From positions 1 through 56,530 of the IMG/VR virus record IMGVR_UViG_3300018077_000001: a stretch of 56,530 bases of DNA. The stretch is one strand, 5' to 3'. Numbering within the stretch: position 1 is the first letter of the stretch; every line of letters begins with the position of its first letter. A program made the translations under genes and the position numbers. Positions 24,899 through 34,314 of this stretch are shown here, piece after piece. This stretch comes from a virus (taxonomy: Duplodnaviria > Caudoviricetes). The notes below the pieces were generated by a model. It did no database searches. It was not told the origin of the DNA and saw nothing but the letters and a program-made list of their open reading frames with translations.

Positions 24899-26925
24899 AT
24901 CCCGACTGTTCCTGCACCCGAGGCCCGAGCCTCACGCGTTCGCTTGGCTGCCTCGGTCATAAACTCGTCGAATAGCTGCCGTCCGTTCATCCCCTGCGGC
25001 ACGTTGAAGTGGACATCGCCAATCGTGACCGGGCCACCGAAGCCAGACATGCCACTGGCCTGCCCCATTGACTGCGGCACTGTGCTCATGCTCATCGCAA
25101 GGTCAGGGATGCCGGTCTGAGCCACTCTCTTCAGCGCGTCGTTGATCCCCAACAGCGACATCTCAAACGGCGAAGGCGACTTTCCTAGGAACGATGACGG
25201 CACCTTAATCCCGCTGATCTTGTCGGCCAAGGTGCCCAACCAACCGACTACTTTCTTCACAATGTCGATGATTCCGCCGAAACCGTCCGTGACGGGCGTG
25301 ATCACATTGTCGAGCAACCACAGGAGCGCCGGTCCAAGCGTGTTCTTGGCTGTCAGGCCCAGCTCCTCGAACACAGGCCCAAGTTTCTCCGCCAACCACT
25401 CCCACACCTTCTTTAGTGCGGGCTGCAGGACGTTTTCCCAAAGAGCTGACAGGATCTCGATCTCCTTCTTCAGCAAGGCCATTGACACCCCAACCAGTCC
25501 CTCGATAACCGGCACCAGCACGTTCTTGATCAGCCCAGCCCAAAACTCGAAGATCGGCTTCAACCGCGTCTCCCACACCATCTTCAGGAAGTCGATCGCC
25601 TTCGGAATGTTGATCTGCAACCAAGTCGAAATCTCCTCAAACGCCGTCTTCAGGAATCCCCATACCTCAGCTGTCTTCTCTCGGATGCCGCCCCAGTTGC
25701 CGGCCCATGCTGCTCCAAGAAGAGCCGCCACTGCAATGATCGCTCCAACTGGAGTCACCAGCGAGGCAATCGCACCCACGATGCCAGCGATCGCCGCGAC
25801 GATACCGCCTGCAACAAGCGCCCCACCAATCGCCAGAAGCGCCCCTTCGATCTCCTCCGAATGCTCCGACAGAAAACGCATCGCCTGCGGAAGGAAGTCC
25901 TCCAACCACTCTCGAAAGTCCTCAAACGCCGGCTTCAGCGTCGTCTCCCAAAACAGCCGCACCTTGTCCAGCGCGGGGATCAAGTTCTTCTCCCACGTGT
26001 CCCTCAGGAAATCAATGGCGATCGGCACCTTCTCCTTTAGCCAATCCACCATCGTCTGCAAGGCCGGAACGAGCTTCTGTTCGAGGAAGGCTGGGAGCTT
26101 CTCGCCCAACGAGTCAATGAGCGGCTTGGCACCCTTCACCAGATCTTCGATGAACGGTATGAGCGCATTCCCAATCGTTTGCGCGTTTGCTAGCAGATGT
26201 GCCTTCAGGATGGTCAGACGCCCCGACAACGTATCTGCCATCCGTGCGGCCGTCCCTCCGATCGTTCCGGCCAGCGCCTCCATCAACAGCTTCTGCGCCT
26301 TCGCTATCTGGCCCGATTCCACCAGCCTGTCAATCCGCTCCTTTTCTTTCTCGTCCAGAACGATACCGGCTGCGATGAGGGCGCGCATTCCCTCGCCCGG
26401 GAGTTCGAGCGCACGTCCCAAGAGCTTCGCCGCTGAAGCGGCGTCGATCCCGAGGGCAGCCGCCAGATCCAACGTCGTCTTCAGCGCCGGCTCAAACGCA
26501 TCTCCACGTAGGTTGCTATACCGTAGCAAGATCGTCTCGGCGGCCAAGACCGCCTCATTACTCCCCTTGGCAAGGTCCCGGTACGACATCGCCAAGTCCT
26601 GGGCCTGTTGGGACGTGATCTTTGTCGTATCGCCTACGGCCGCCAGCACTGCCTCCAGTGCTGCAACCGCGTTTTCCCCTGCGATCGCCTCCTTCAAAGC
26701 GATCACACCAATTCCGGTGACAGCACCAGCAAGCAGGGCTACCCCACCGAGGGCAACCTTGGCTGCAATCGCTCCGAACCCAAGCACGGCATTCCCAATC
26801 GACAGAAACCCACCGCCGATCGAGCTTGTGGCTCGGCTGGCGAGGTCCAGCGCGCCGCTCAGCCCGGCGCGAAAGTGGCTGGTATCAGCTTCGAGCCGAA
26901 TCGCCAGCGTCGCTATCGTTGCCAC
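24895..26925 (-). CDS. Tail tape measure protein
   Basis: MATIATLAIRLEADT start; Ala/Gly-rich helices; Trp-periodic repeats. Confidence 0.93.
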   Translation of the reverse strand: MATIATLAIRLEADTSHFRAGLSGALDLASRATSSIGGGFLSIGNAVLGFGAIAAKVALGGVALLAGAVTGIGVIALKEAIAGENAVAALEAVLAAVGDTTKITSQQAQDLAMSYRDLAKGSNEAVLAAETILLRYSNLRGDAFEPALKTTLDLAAALGIDAASAAKLLGRALELPGEGMRALIAAGIVLDEKEKERIDRLVESGQIAKAQKLLMEALAGTIGGTAARMADTLSGRLTILKAHLLANAQTIGNALIPFIEDLVKGAKPLIDSLGEKLPAFLEQKLVPALQTMVDWLKEKVPIAIDFLRDTWEKNLIPALDKVRLFWETTLKPAFEDFREWLEDFLPQAMRFLSEHSEEIEGALLAIGGALVAGGIVAAIAGIVGAIASLVTPVGAIIAVAALLGAAWAGNWGGIREKTAEVWGFLKTAFEEISTWLQINIPKAIDFLKMVWETRLKPIFEFWAGLIKNVLVPVIEGLVGVSMALLKKEIEILSALWENVLQPALKKVWEWLAEKLGPVFEELGLTAKNTLGPALLWLLDNVITPVTDGFGGIIDIVKKVVGWLGTLADKISGIKVPSSFLGKSPSPFEMSLLGINDALKRVAQTGIPDLAMSMSTVPQSMGQASGMSGFGGPVTIGDVHFNVPQGMNGRQLFDEFMTEAAKRTREARASGAGTVGI

Positions 26926-27277
26926 GTTGCGGCCTCAGATCCTTCCCACCAAAAGCACGGTTCAGCACCTCAACCAGCGCCAGCTGCTGCTCCCACGGCT
27001 GCGGCTCGATCTCCCGGCCAAACTTCGGCATGAAATCGTCCGGCTTATACGGTTTGCGTTTCTTGGGGTCGCGGAACGCATTGGCGACTGTGCTTGCCAC
27101 GATTGCAGAGCGGAAGTCAGCACGGTCCTCGCCAAACGGTTCGACCATTTCGTAGGCCAACCACTCCGCGAAGTCATAGCTGGAGAGGTCGGCCTGTAAG
27201 TGCCGAGGGTGAGGGTAGCCTAACCTGAGCGCGAGTCGGAACCAGAATCGCCGTTCAGGTTGGCTCCTGAGTTTTTT
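26885..27277 (-). CDS. Tail assembly chaperone, -1 frame extension (gpT-like)
   Basis: From the slippery site reads KLRSQPERRFWFRLALRLG...EWLAYEMVEPFGEDRAD. Confidence 0.85.
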   Translation of the reverse strand, partial: KKLRSQPERRFWFRLALRLGYPHPRHLQADLSSYDFAEWLAYEMVEPFGEDRADFRSAIVASTVANAFRDPKKRKPYKPDDFMPKFGREIEPQPWEQQLALVEVLNRAFGGKDLRPQRGNDSDAGDSARS

Positions 27278-27648
27278 GCCAGCTCCTCCACGTCCTCACG
27301 GCTGATCCCCGAGAGACGAGAGGCGACTGTGAACACCCGGTCCAAGCCGGCCGCGCTCTTGCCGCCTAGCGCCGCCACGTCCGACTCAGTGAACATGCGC
27401 TTGCCGGCCTCATCAACGACCGTCCAAGAACAGAGCTTGGCTCGCATCTGCCGGGTATTCAGCTGGACATTGCGCCCATTCTGCCTCAAGACGCTGTTCT
27501 CAAACTCGTCCCGCTCGGAGCCGGTCATGCTCTTCACCATGACCGCGCCGCCCCATTCGGGAACCTCTACCCTCTCGATCTTCAGGTCCTTGGCCCCTAG
27601 AATGGCCTCCCTCGTCAACAGTGAGGTTTCTACCTGCGGTTTTCCCAT
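27220..27648 (-). CDS. Tail assembly chaperone (gpG-like)
   Basis: LLTREAIL..VEVPEWGG.V.VKSMTGSERD. Confidence 0.9.
   Translation of the reverse strand: MGKPQVETSLLTREAILGAKDLKIERVEVPEWGGAVMVKSMTGSERDEFENSVLRQNGRNVQLNTRQMRAKLCSWTVVDEAGKRMFTESDVAALGGKSAAGLDRVFTVASRLSGISREDVEELAKNSGANLNGDSGSDSRSG
27271..27277 (-). other. Programmed -1 frameshift site A AAA AAC
   Basis: GCA AAA AAC at ELAKN; the -1 frame is open into the gpT-like ORF. Confidence 0.85.
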
Positions 27649-27666
27649 GACTCCTCCTCGCTCAGA

Positions 27667-28098
27667 TTACACCAACGTCGGCTGTCCGCTGATCTTGCAG
27701 GTCACGCTCGCGCCCAGCTTGTCGTCATGCGGCGCACTCGGCTCAAACCCCGTGACCAATGCGGCAAAGTTCCATGTCGTCGCTCCTGCGTTGGGAAAGA
27801 TCAGCTTGAAATTCCGCAACGTCCGGTTCTCCATGTCGTTGATCAACCCGGTCGAGGCGTTGTGCGTCGCATGGGTCGGAATGTAGTTCAGGTCAAAGGT
27901 GACCTCACCCGAGCGCAGGATCGTTCCAACGTGTTCCTCCCAAGCCCCGGGGGATTGGTGATGGGTCATGTCGGCCGTGTCCATCGACAGGCCGGGACCG
28001 CTGATGTTCGTGATCTCAGCAATCGTCGTGAAGACCTCAGGCCCACCACCGTCACCAATCTGGAGCTGCGTACCGTAACCAGCAACACCTTGTGTCAT
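27667..28098 (-). CDS. Major tail tube protein
   Basis: GYGTQLQIGDG..EVFTTIAEITNISGP...TCKISGQP. Confidence 0.92.
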   Translation of the reverse strand: MTQGVAGYGTQLQIGDGGGPEVFTTIAEITNISGPGLSMDTADMTHHQSPGAWEEHVGTILRSGEVTFDLNYIPTHATHNASTGLINDMENRTLRNFKLIFPNAGATTWNFAALVTGFEPSAPHDDKLGASVTCKISGQPTLV

Positions 28099-28122
28099 AG
28101 CATCGGCTCCTTATGCCCGGCC

Positions 28123-28476
28123 TTAGAGCGCCGGCAGCGAGATCACCGCGAACTGGATCGCCACGTTGCTCGCCTCAAAGTACAGCCTACCATCCGTCTG
28201 CTTCCAGCCCACGACATCCAGTGGGCCAAACATACGTTCCGCTCCCGCCGCGACGCTCTCCGCCGTGATGTCCTTCGTCCGGTTGTACGGATCATTGACG
28301 CTGTTGATCGTCACGGTGAACGGGCTACCTCCTGTGTTCTTCGCCAGCAGTAACTCGCGACCTGTCAGCGTGAACTGCTCCTTGTTCGTCACGTCTGCGG
28401 CCAAGAAAGTGACTACCGCGCCCGCGGCAGGCCACTTCCCCGGAGCCGCTTGCGCCGTGTGATTCTGTCGTGCCAT
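28123..28476 (-). CDS. Small beta structural protein
   Basis: TGRELLLAKNTGGSP.TVTI...FGP; lies between neck and tube genes. Confidence 0.7.
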   Translation of the reverse strand: MARQNHTAQAAPGKWPAAGAVVTFLAADVTNKEQFTLTGRELLLAKNTGGSPFTVTINSVNDPYNRTKDITAESVAAGAERMFGPLDVVGWKQTDGRLYFEASNVAIQFAVISLPAL

Positions 28477-28479
28477 TGT

Positions 28480-28875
28480 CTACTCCTTCGCTCCTAGTCT
28501 CTGGAGCAACGATTTCCGCCGCTTGCCTGCCTTCTCGGATTTGATTACCAGCTCCGCCTCCAGCTCGCCTTTCTCGACCAGCTCCAATATCTGCTCGGTC
28601 GTCAATTCACTCACGTCGATTCCCTCGGACAGCAGCTCGGCTTCCGTTTCAACGACCTGCTCCAGCGGCATGCCCGGTTCGATCACTCCACCGAACTTCG
28701 TCGCCACTGGCAGGAACGAAGTCGCCGCAGGATTCGCCGGCCGGAAGTGCGCCGACACCAGATGGGAGACCATTGTCGCTTGGCCTTCCAGCGTGTTGAA
28801 CGGACACACGATGCACTGCAACATCTCGATCCCCTTCCAACTTTGGACGGTATAGTGTTCTGCCGGCTCGTTCAT
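28480..28875 (-). CDS. Hypothetical protein (C2H2-like N-terminus, EKAGKRRKSLL C-terminus)
   Basis: CIVC..H...H; GGAGG RBS. Confidence 0.7.
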   Translation of the reverse strand: MNEPAEHYTVQSWKGIEMLQCIVCPFNTLEGQATMVSHLVSAHFRPANPAATSFLPVATKFGGVIEPGMPLEQVVETEAELLSEGIDVSELTTEQILELVEKGELEAELVIKSEKAGKRRKSLLQRLGAKE

Positions 28876-29273
28876 GCAATGGCCTCCTGATGCCACAGGA
28901 TCGCATCCACAATGACCCGATGCTGCTGTGTCACTGTGTCGAAGTCATCCCTGTCGTCTTCCACGAAAGCCGCCTGAACGCTCACTTCCCCCATCGTGCC
29001 CCGAAACCCATCTAATGCAAATCGCAACTGATCAGCAACGGTCTTGGCATCCGAGTACCGATCGCCCCACACATTGAACTGATACCTCGGATGCGCCAGC
29101 TCACTCGGGCCGCTGTGCGAACGGATGCGCGGCCCCGACACGCGCTGATAGCTGATCGCCGGCAACTGCACTCCCTCCGGCAACTGCTGCGGATAGATCC
29201 GCGACCCAACCAACGCTTGCAACCCGGCGTAGGCCGACAGATACGTGACGAACGCCAGCTCAATCCTAGGCAC
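28872..29273 (-). CDS. Tail terminator (DUF3168-like)
   Basis: LVGSRIYP..LP...LPAISYQRVS...RYQFNVW. Confidence 0.9.
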   Translation of the reverse strand: MPRIELAFVTYLSAYAGLQALVGSRIYPQQLPEGVQLPAISYQRVSGPRIRSHSGPSELAHPRYQFNVWGDRYSDAKTVADQLRFALDGFRGTMGEVSVQAAFVEDDRDDFDTVTQQHRVIVDAILWHQEAIA

Positions 29274-29769
29274 CGAACAGCTTCCTCGTCTCGGCCGCCG
29301 CCGCGTCCTCGATTACCCGCGTTGCGTGCCCTCCGTCTTCGTCAAACGTCGGGCGCATGTACGGTCGCGCAGGTATTCTGATCGTCAAGTGGCTCTTTCG
29401 GGTCAACGCCAACCCTCGCCACATCGGATTTCCGGTCTTCTCAAACATGTGCCACGCGAACCCTCGCATTCTCGGCGTCACCTTCGGGTGCGTGACACCG
29501 CCGAACTCATGGATTGCCGCGTACACGACACCCCGCGGCCCCACCACGACCGCCACTCCTTTTCCGCCCACGTCGGGTTCAGCGATCGTGCTGTCCCGCA
29601 GGTTCCCCGTGTCAATCAGCCCTTGTTGCGTGATCCTCTGCTTCGCACCTCGCTCCAACACCTTCCCGCCCTGCATCAGAATGTCGAGCTGCCCTTTTTC
29701 GTCGAACGCCCTCAGCAGCCGGCCGAAGTTTTTCTTCATCTCGCCCAGCCCGCTGACAATCTGACTCAT
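29266..29769 (-). CDS. HK97 gp10-like neck/tail completion protein
   Basis: DTGNLRDS, YAAIHEFG, IPARPYMRP. Confidence 0.9.
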   Translation of the reverse strand: MSQIVSGLGEMKKNFGRLLRAFDEKGQLDILMQGGKVLERGAKQRITQQGLIDTGNLRDSTIAEPDVGGKGVAVVVGPRGVVYAAIHEFGGVTHPKVTPRMRGFAWHMFEKTGNPMWRGLALTRKSHLTIRIPARPYMRPTFDEDGGHATRVIEDAAAAETRKLFGA

Positions 29770-30119
29770 TCAACCCGTTCCACTTCCAGAGCGACCAGCC
29801 GCTGCTTTCGATGATCACGCCGCGGCATCACGGCCATAACATCGAACGGTCCCTTCGTTGCGTCGTCTTCGAGCCTGACCAGCGAGATCCGATCTTTCGT
29901 GTTCACGTCCACGCCGGCCGGAACGATCAGCTGGTACGTCTCCAAGATCTGCCGACCGATGCCCGACGCGGCGAGCCGCTCCGTTCTGGTGATCAGCCGG
30001 CAGGTCAGCTCCGGGTACGTCGTGCTGTAAACCGGAGCCTCTTCACCATAACCGTCCTGTCCAGCCTGAACGACCCTCTGAATCGTGCATCGGTGAATCA
30101 GGAACCGCCTCAACGTCAT
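29766..30119 (-). CDS. Head closure protein
   Basis: HRCTIQR...DGYGE...DVNTKDRI; position in neck cluster. Confidence 0.8.
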   Translation of the reverse strand: MTLRRFLIHRCTIQRVVQAGQDGYGEEAPVYSTTYPELTCRLITRTERLAASGIGRQILETYQLIVPAGVDVNTKDRISLVRLEDDATKGPFDVMAVMPRRDHRKQRLVALEVERVE

Positions 30120-30514
30120 GTCGTGACTTTTCCATCGACGCCCCAAACATCAAACCGCGCCCGCTTCAGCCCGGCCGAGGCCAATGTTCCGGTCTTGTCC
30201 ATCGTCATCGCCGTCTGACCGTAGAACGTTGCCTCAAAGTGCATACCGGTCTGACCTTGATAACTGACGGTGTACTCAGACCCGATGCTCTCCGACGCCG
30301 CCCGCTGGTCCCACAGCGTCGCCAAGTGCGCCGAGACATACAGCTCGATCTGATCCAGCGTCGTCTGACCCAGCCCGGACGATGCAAGCTGATCTTCAAC
30401 AATCCGATGGGCACCGTTGATGAACGCGTTCAGGTGCCCATCGTCTAGGTCGGTGTCAAAGATGTCCCTTACGTCGTTCGGATCGACGCGAGCATCCGGA
30501 TCTATCGTCGCCAC
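30116..30514 (-). CDS. Head-tail adaptor
   Basis: IELYVSAHL...SESIG..VSY...TFYGQ.A..MD. Confidence 0.8.
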   Translation of the reverse strand: MATIDPDARVDPNDVRDIFDTDLDDGHLNAFINGAHRIVEDQLASSGLGQTTLDQIELYVSAHLATLWDQRAASESIGSEYTVSYQGQTGMHFEATFYGQTAMTMDKTGTLASAGLKRARFDVWGVDGKVTT

Positions 30515-30517
30515 GGT

Positions 30518-30820
30518 TTACTCAGTCGCGGCTTTCGCAGACCTCTTGCCAGACCCCTTCCGCTTGCCTTTCCTCTTCTTCGGGGCCGGGGCCTCGGACG
30601 CGGCCGGTTCGCCCGCAGCAGCCTCACTTTTGGACTCACCCTCGGAAGCCTCCGGAGCGGCAGCTGCCGATTTCTTCCTCGAGTCCAACATCTCCAGCTT
30701 GTCACCGAAGGCCGCGATCTCAGCCTCGCTGACATCCACGACTTCACCGGCCTCGTAGTTCTTGATCTCGCCGCCCTCGTTGCGCGAGAGATCAGTCAAC
30801 AGCCTTGCTGTCTTGCCCAT
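30518..30820 (-). CDS. Hypothetical protein after MCP, basic tail
   Basis: YEAGEVVDVSEAE..AFGDKLE. Confidence 0.75.
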   Translation of the reverse strand: MGKTARLLTDLSRNEGGEIKNYEAGEVVDVSEAEIAAFGDKLEMLDSRKKSAAAAPEASEGESKSEAAAGEPAASEAPAPKKRKGKRKGSGKRSAKAATE

Positions 30821-30842
30821 TACGGTTCTCCCTCTCAGGGGC

Positions 30843-31820
30843 CTAGATGCCCGTGGCGTGAACGATCCCGCTCTTGCCCGCCGCGTCCGACTTGACCCGC
30901 GGCACCATTGCGGCCATGACCTTGAATCGACCGACCATGCCGCCCATTTCGTTCCACTCGACGGTCACGATTTGCTGAGCGATCGCCAGATCAACCACGT
31001 CGCTTTGCAGCGAGCACAGGACGGCGGCCCCAGCCGCCAACCGATCGGAGGGCTTGAAGAAGCTCAGCATCGGCAGGTTTTCCAACACCCGGCGAATACC
31101 GCTCTGGCCCGAGCCATCGGTATGCACGGCACGCGCCTCGCCGTACTGCGTGCGGGCCACGTACAACCCGTACGGACCAAAGTACCCGTCCGCCTCGGCC
31201 TTCGAGATCATGCCGTTCACGTCGAGGTACACGTTGGTCAACGTGCCCCAGTCGGCTCCCGTGTGCAGGTTTCGATCGGGATGGTTGGTGAAGCCGTACA
31301 CCGTGTAACCACCGGTCGTGATGGCAACCCCATTCACCACCATGTCTTCCAGCGCGTCTCGCACCTTCCGGGCTGCGACCTGCGCCGAGGTCGTGTCGAG
31401 GCTGTCACCCAACCGCCGCGAGGCTTCGAGCCGCCGAATGTTGATCCGGTAATCCTTGTGCGTGATGGGCACCGGAACACCGGTCAGCGTGAACCCCGGC
31501 GTATCTTCCTCGCCGCCAGTTTCGCCACCCATATCGACGTTCGCCGCACTCATGTCCTGCAACTTCTCGAACTCGCTGATCAGCGTGCCCAAGCCGCCGA
31601 GCGGGTGCGTCAGGCCGGCCGCCTGAAGATCCGCGATGACGTTCAGCTGCTCACGGGCGACGTCGATCACCGCCGTGTCCAGCTCTTTCCACTCGTCCTT
31701 GCGAAGCAGCGCGTTGGTCCGAATCGAGGCAACCTTCAAGCCGCCAGCAAGAAACCGCGCAGGCGCTCCCCCGAAAAACGAGGCTGCCTGCGTCACCAAT
31801 GCGTTCGGATTCTGTGCCAT
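30843..31820 (-). CDS. Major capsid protein (Linocin_M18/encapsulin-like HK97 fold)
   Basis: LLRKDEWKELDTAVIDVAR, PVPITHKDY.INIR.LEASR, YGFTNHP, PRVKSD..G.SGIVH. Confidence 0.88.
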   Translation of the reverse strand: MAQNPNALVTQAASFFGGAPARFLAGGLKVASIRTNALLRKDEWKELDTAVIDVAREQLNVIADLQAAGLTHPLGGLGTLISEFEKLQDMSAANVDMGGETGGEEDTPGFTLTGVPVPITHKDYRINIRRLEASRRLGDSLDTTSAQVAARKVRDALEDMVVNGVAITTGGYTVYGFTNHPDRNLHTGADWGTLTNVYLDVNGMISKAEADGYFGPYGLYVARTQYGEARAVHTDGSGQSGIRRVLENLPMLSFFKPSDRLAAGAAVLCSLQSDVVDLAIAQQIVTVEWNEMGGMVGRFKVMAAMVPRVKSDAAGKSGIVHATGI

Positions 31821-31850
31821 TGCCTATCTCTCCTTATCTCGATTTCAAGC

Positions 31851-32261
31851 TCAGGCGATACGGACCCGAGTCCGCTCAGCCGACCCACCCACCGTCTTCG
31901 CCTCTTCCGAATACGCGATGATCCTGCCGGTGGTAAAGATCTCCAAGTTCCCAGACCCACCCGACTGCAACGCGGTCCCAACCACCAGTACCGCGGCAGC
32001 CTCGACCCACGCGTTGATCAACGCACCCACGCTGGGAAAAACGAAACGCACCCGGTCGCCCGAGGCATACGCGTCGAGAATACCCTTGCCTTCGTCCGAA
32101 TTCTCGACCGCGAACATGATCGGGGCCGATGTGTCCGCCGCGGTTGCGTTGACCACGACGTTTGTAGTGCTGTAGTCAATCAGATGCCCCGGCGTGATCG
32201 CGCCTCCAGCTGGCCGCTCTGCGTAGAGCACATCACCCGCCAAAACCACAACGTTTGCCAT
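31851..32261 (-). CDS. Head decoration protein
   Basis: AITPGHL...YASGDRV...LQSGGSG.L; between protease and MCP. Confidence 0.75.
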   Translation of the reverse strand: MANVVVLAGDVLYAERPAGGAITPGHLIDYSTTNVVVNATAADTSAPIMFAVENSDEGKGILDAYASGDRVRFVFPSVGALINAWVEAAAVLVVGTALQSGGSGNLEIFTTGRIIAYSEEAKTVGGSAERTRVRIA

Positions 32262-32287
32262 GTCAGTCTCCTAGTCGATGGCAGCGG

Positions 32288-33757
32288 TTAGCCCGCGCCG
32301 TCGTCTCTCCAACCGCGCTTCACGAAATCCATCTTCGGCGGTTCATTCTCGTCAACCTTCGGCGCGCGCGGGAACGTCCGACCGACGAAGTACGACGGGG
32401 CCAGCGATCGGGTCAACTTCTCCAGATGCTGCACCGTCATTCCCTTCAGCTCATCGTCGGTGAACTCGTTCCCCGTGCTGGCCTTGATCGCCACGATGAA
32501 CTCCGCCTTGGCCGCGTCTTCCTCGGCCTTCTGATTGGCCGACATGCCGGCAACGGCGGTTCCAATTCCCTCCAGCTTGGTCGCAAACGGCACAAACCAA
32601 GCGGGCACAGCCTCCAGCTCTTTCTTCTTCCGATCGGCCTCCTCTGCGGCCGCCTTCACGTCCGCCGCGGTCTTAGCGTCAGCCTCCGCCTTCAGCTTGG
32701 CCGCATCCGCGTCGGCCTTGATCTTGACCTCGGCTTCTGCCTTCTGCCGAGCGGCCTTCGCCTCTGGCGTTTCATCATCTTCGGGAGCCGCCAGACTTGC
32801 ATCGAGCGCCTGAAGGTCCTTGATCTCCCAAGCCTCCAGCGTCGCCGGCTCAAACTTGCACCGCTTGTTGGCGACGAGCTTCGCAATCAACTCTTTCTTT
32901 TCCACTGCTTTGCCTCCTATGGCAGCGTTGGCGATGAATTCGCCCAACGTCTCAAACGCCTTCACGATTTCCTTGCCATTCACACTGCTGCCCTCCTCTC
33001 GATCTTCATTCGTTCGTGGGATTCCGCACCCGTCCTTCCAAGAACACGCTCCCTCCTCATCCAGCAAGATCGCGGCGTGGTCTGGCCGAATGTTCCGCAC
33101 AATCCCCGAGAACTCCTTGCCCTCAAACTCGCCGCTCTCATCTTCGAGGTCAGAGAAATACGCGGCCGACACGTCGATTTGCTGTCCACCATGCAGTCGA
33201 TCCACCACCTCCTGAGCATCGCCGCCCATGACGGTCACGCGGTTCAGGTCGATCCACGCCTCCGCCCTCAGTCGCTTCCCATTGAAATCGGCGTTGTACA
33301 GACGACCGATCGTGAACTGTGCCTCGTTCTCAGGATCGTTGGCGCTGACATCATGGCCGTTCTTCTGCGGATGGCCGAGCGTGACCGGTATCCCATCCCA
33401 CGTCTCGACGTAGCGGCCAATCTCTTTCGCCGGCACTAGCAGATCATTCAGCACTCCCTCACGGATCAGCACCAGCGGGACCACCAGCCACTCCCGTCCC
33501 AAGTGCTTCACCTGCTGGAACTGTGCGGTCTGCTCAACCGCGAAACGCTGTGTCTTCATCTGCGACACAACGCCGTTGGCATTCTGAAACGCGAACCCCT
33601 CACACTTGTTGGTGTTCGGACTGGTAATCCGCGTGTCGCCCGCCATGCACCGGCTGAACGCGCTGTTCCAAACCGACACCCACTGCCGACGCTGACGCTC
33701 AGGCAGGCGCTTGACATTTTCGGGCAGGCTCGGGTCGTTAGGTCCGCTGAATGGCAT
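32288..33757 (-). CDS. ChaB-like domain + DUF2213-like prohead protease + scaffold fusion
   Basis: LPENVKRLP..RRQWVSVWNS (ChaB-like); IPVTLGHP, DVS, PDHAAIL..EGACS..DGCG; Ala/Lys/Glu coiled coil. Confidence 0.85.
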   Translation of the reverse strand: MPFSGPNDPSLPENVKRLPERQRRQWVSVWNSAFSRCMAGDTRITSPNTNKCEGFAFQNANGVVSQMKTQRFAVEQTAQFQQVKHLGREWLVVPLVLIREGVLNDLLVPAKEIGRYVETWDGIPVTLGHPQKNGHDVSANDPENEAQFTIGRLYNADFNGKRLRAEAWIDLNRVTVMGGDAQEVVDRLHGGQQIDVSAAYFSDLEDESGEFEGKEFSGIVRNIRPDHAAILLDEEGACSWKDGCGIPRTNEDREEGSSVNGKEIVKAFETLGEFIANAAIGGKAVEKKELIAKLVANKRCKFEPATLEAWEIKDLQALDASLAAPEDDETPEAKAARQKAEAEVKIKADADAAKLKAEADAKTAADVKAAAEEADRKKKELEAVPAWFVPFATKLEGIGTAVAGMSANQKAEEDAAKAEFIVAIKASTGNEFTDDELKGMTVQHLEKLTRSLAPSYFVGRTFPRAPKVDENEPPKMDFVKRGWRDDGAG

Positions 33758-33762
33758 CTATC

Positions 33763-33792
33763 AAAAAAACAGCCACCGGGGTCACCGGTGGC
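33763..33792 (-). terminator. Terminator-like hairpin directly upstream of the head genes
   Basis: GCCACCGG-TGACC-CCGGTGGC followed by TGTTTTTTT. Confidence 0.75.
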
Positions 33793-33840
33793 AATCTCCG
33801 GGTTGCATGCCTGTACTACAGGTGCAGCCTGAACGTGCAA

Positions 33841-33878
33841 CTAATAGCACATCTTCGGGATCATGTCAACTCGTAATC
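33841..33878 (-). promoter_or_regulatory. Putative internal promoter for capsid genes
   Basis: GATTACGAG-TTGACA(33864-33869)-17 nt-TATTAG with TG; the -10 is imperfect. Confidence 0.5.
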
Positions 33879-34093
33879 AGTCCTCCCGGCCGAGTTTCTG
33901 CTCGGGAAAGCAGCGTCTCGAACGGCACCTTCGGCGGTGTGAACAACTTGAACTTGCCGCACACATGACAGTGACATCCACCCTGCCGAATCAGGAAACG
34001 GCCATCATCGACGTAGACCGTGCCATCGCGTTCGACGAGCTGGCCGAGCACTGCGCCGCACGCATCGCACTCAAACGGGATTGATCGTCTCAT
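33866..34093 (-). CDS. Small zinc-ribbon protein
   Basis: CDACG...CHVCG. Confidence 0.65.
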   Translation of the reverse strand: MRRSIPFECDACGAVLGQLVERDGTVYVDDGRFLIRQGGCHCHVCGKFKLFTPPKVPFETLLSRAETRPGGLITS

Positions 34094-34314
34094 CCCCGAT
34101 GCCCCTCTCGCCGGAAGAAGCTGCGGACTCGATCAAACAAGCCCCGCTTAGGCGGCCTAACGGCCGGAGTCGCCGGTGCTTGCCGAAACAGGGGCAGAAC
34201 CGGTCGGCCCTTGCGACTGCGACCTATCCGCTTCCGTTTCGGCCGGCTCACATCCTGCATATACTTCCGGCGCTGCATCCGCGGATGCTCAGACCTCGTT
34301 CGATACGACTGCAT
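34090..34314 (-). CDS. Small Arg-rich basic protein
   Basis: GGAGG RBS; MQSYRTRSEHPRMQRRK...RPKRKRIGRSRK. Confidence 0.55.
   Translation of the reverse strand: MQSYRTRSEHPRMQRRKYMQDVSRPKRKRIGRSRKGRPVLPLFRQAPATPAVRPPKRGLFDRVRSFFRREGHRG

Noticed and set aside
25142-27199. Long + strand ORFs (also 7-564, 8549-9631, 30762-32291, 32255-33439, 34556-35608)
   Set aside because: Antisense shadows of clear minus-strand genes in GC-rich DNA; no motifs or RBS.
27271-27277. -1 frameshift as a novelty
   Set aside because: This is the well-known G/GT chaperone mechanism; kept as a feature only.
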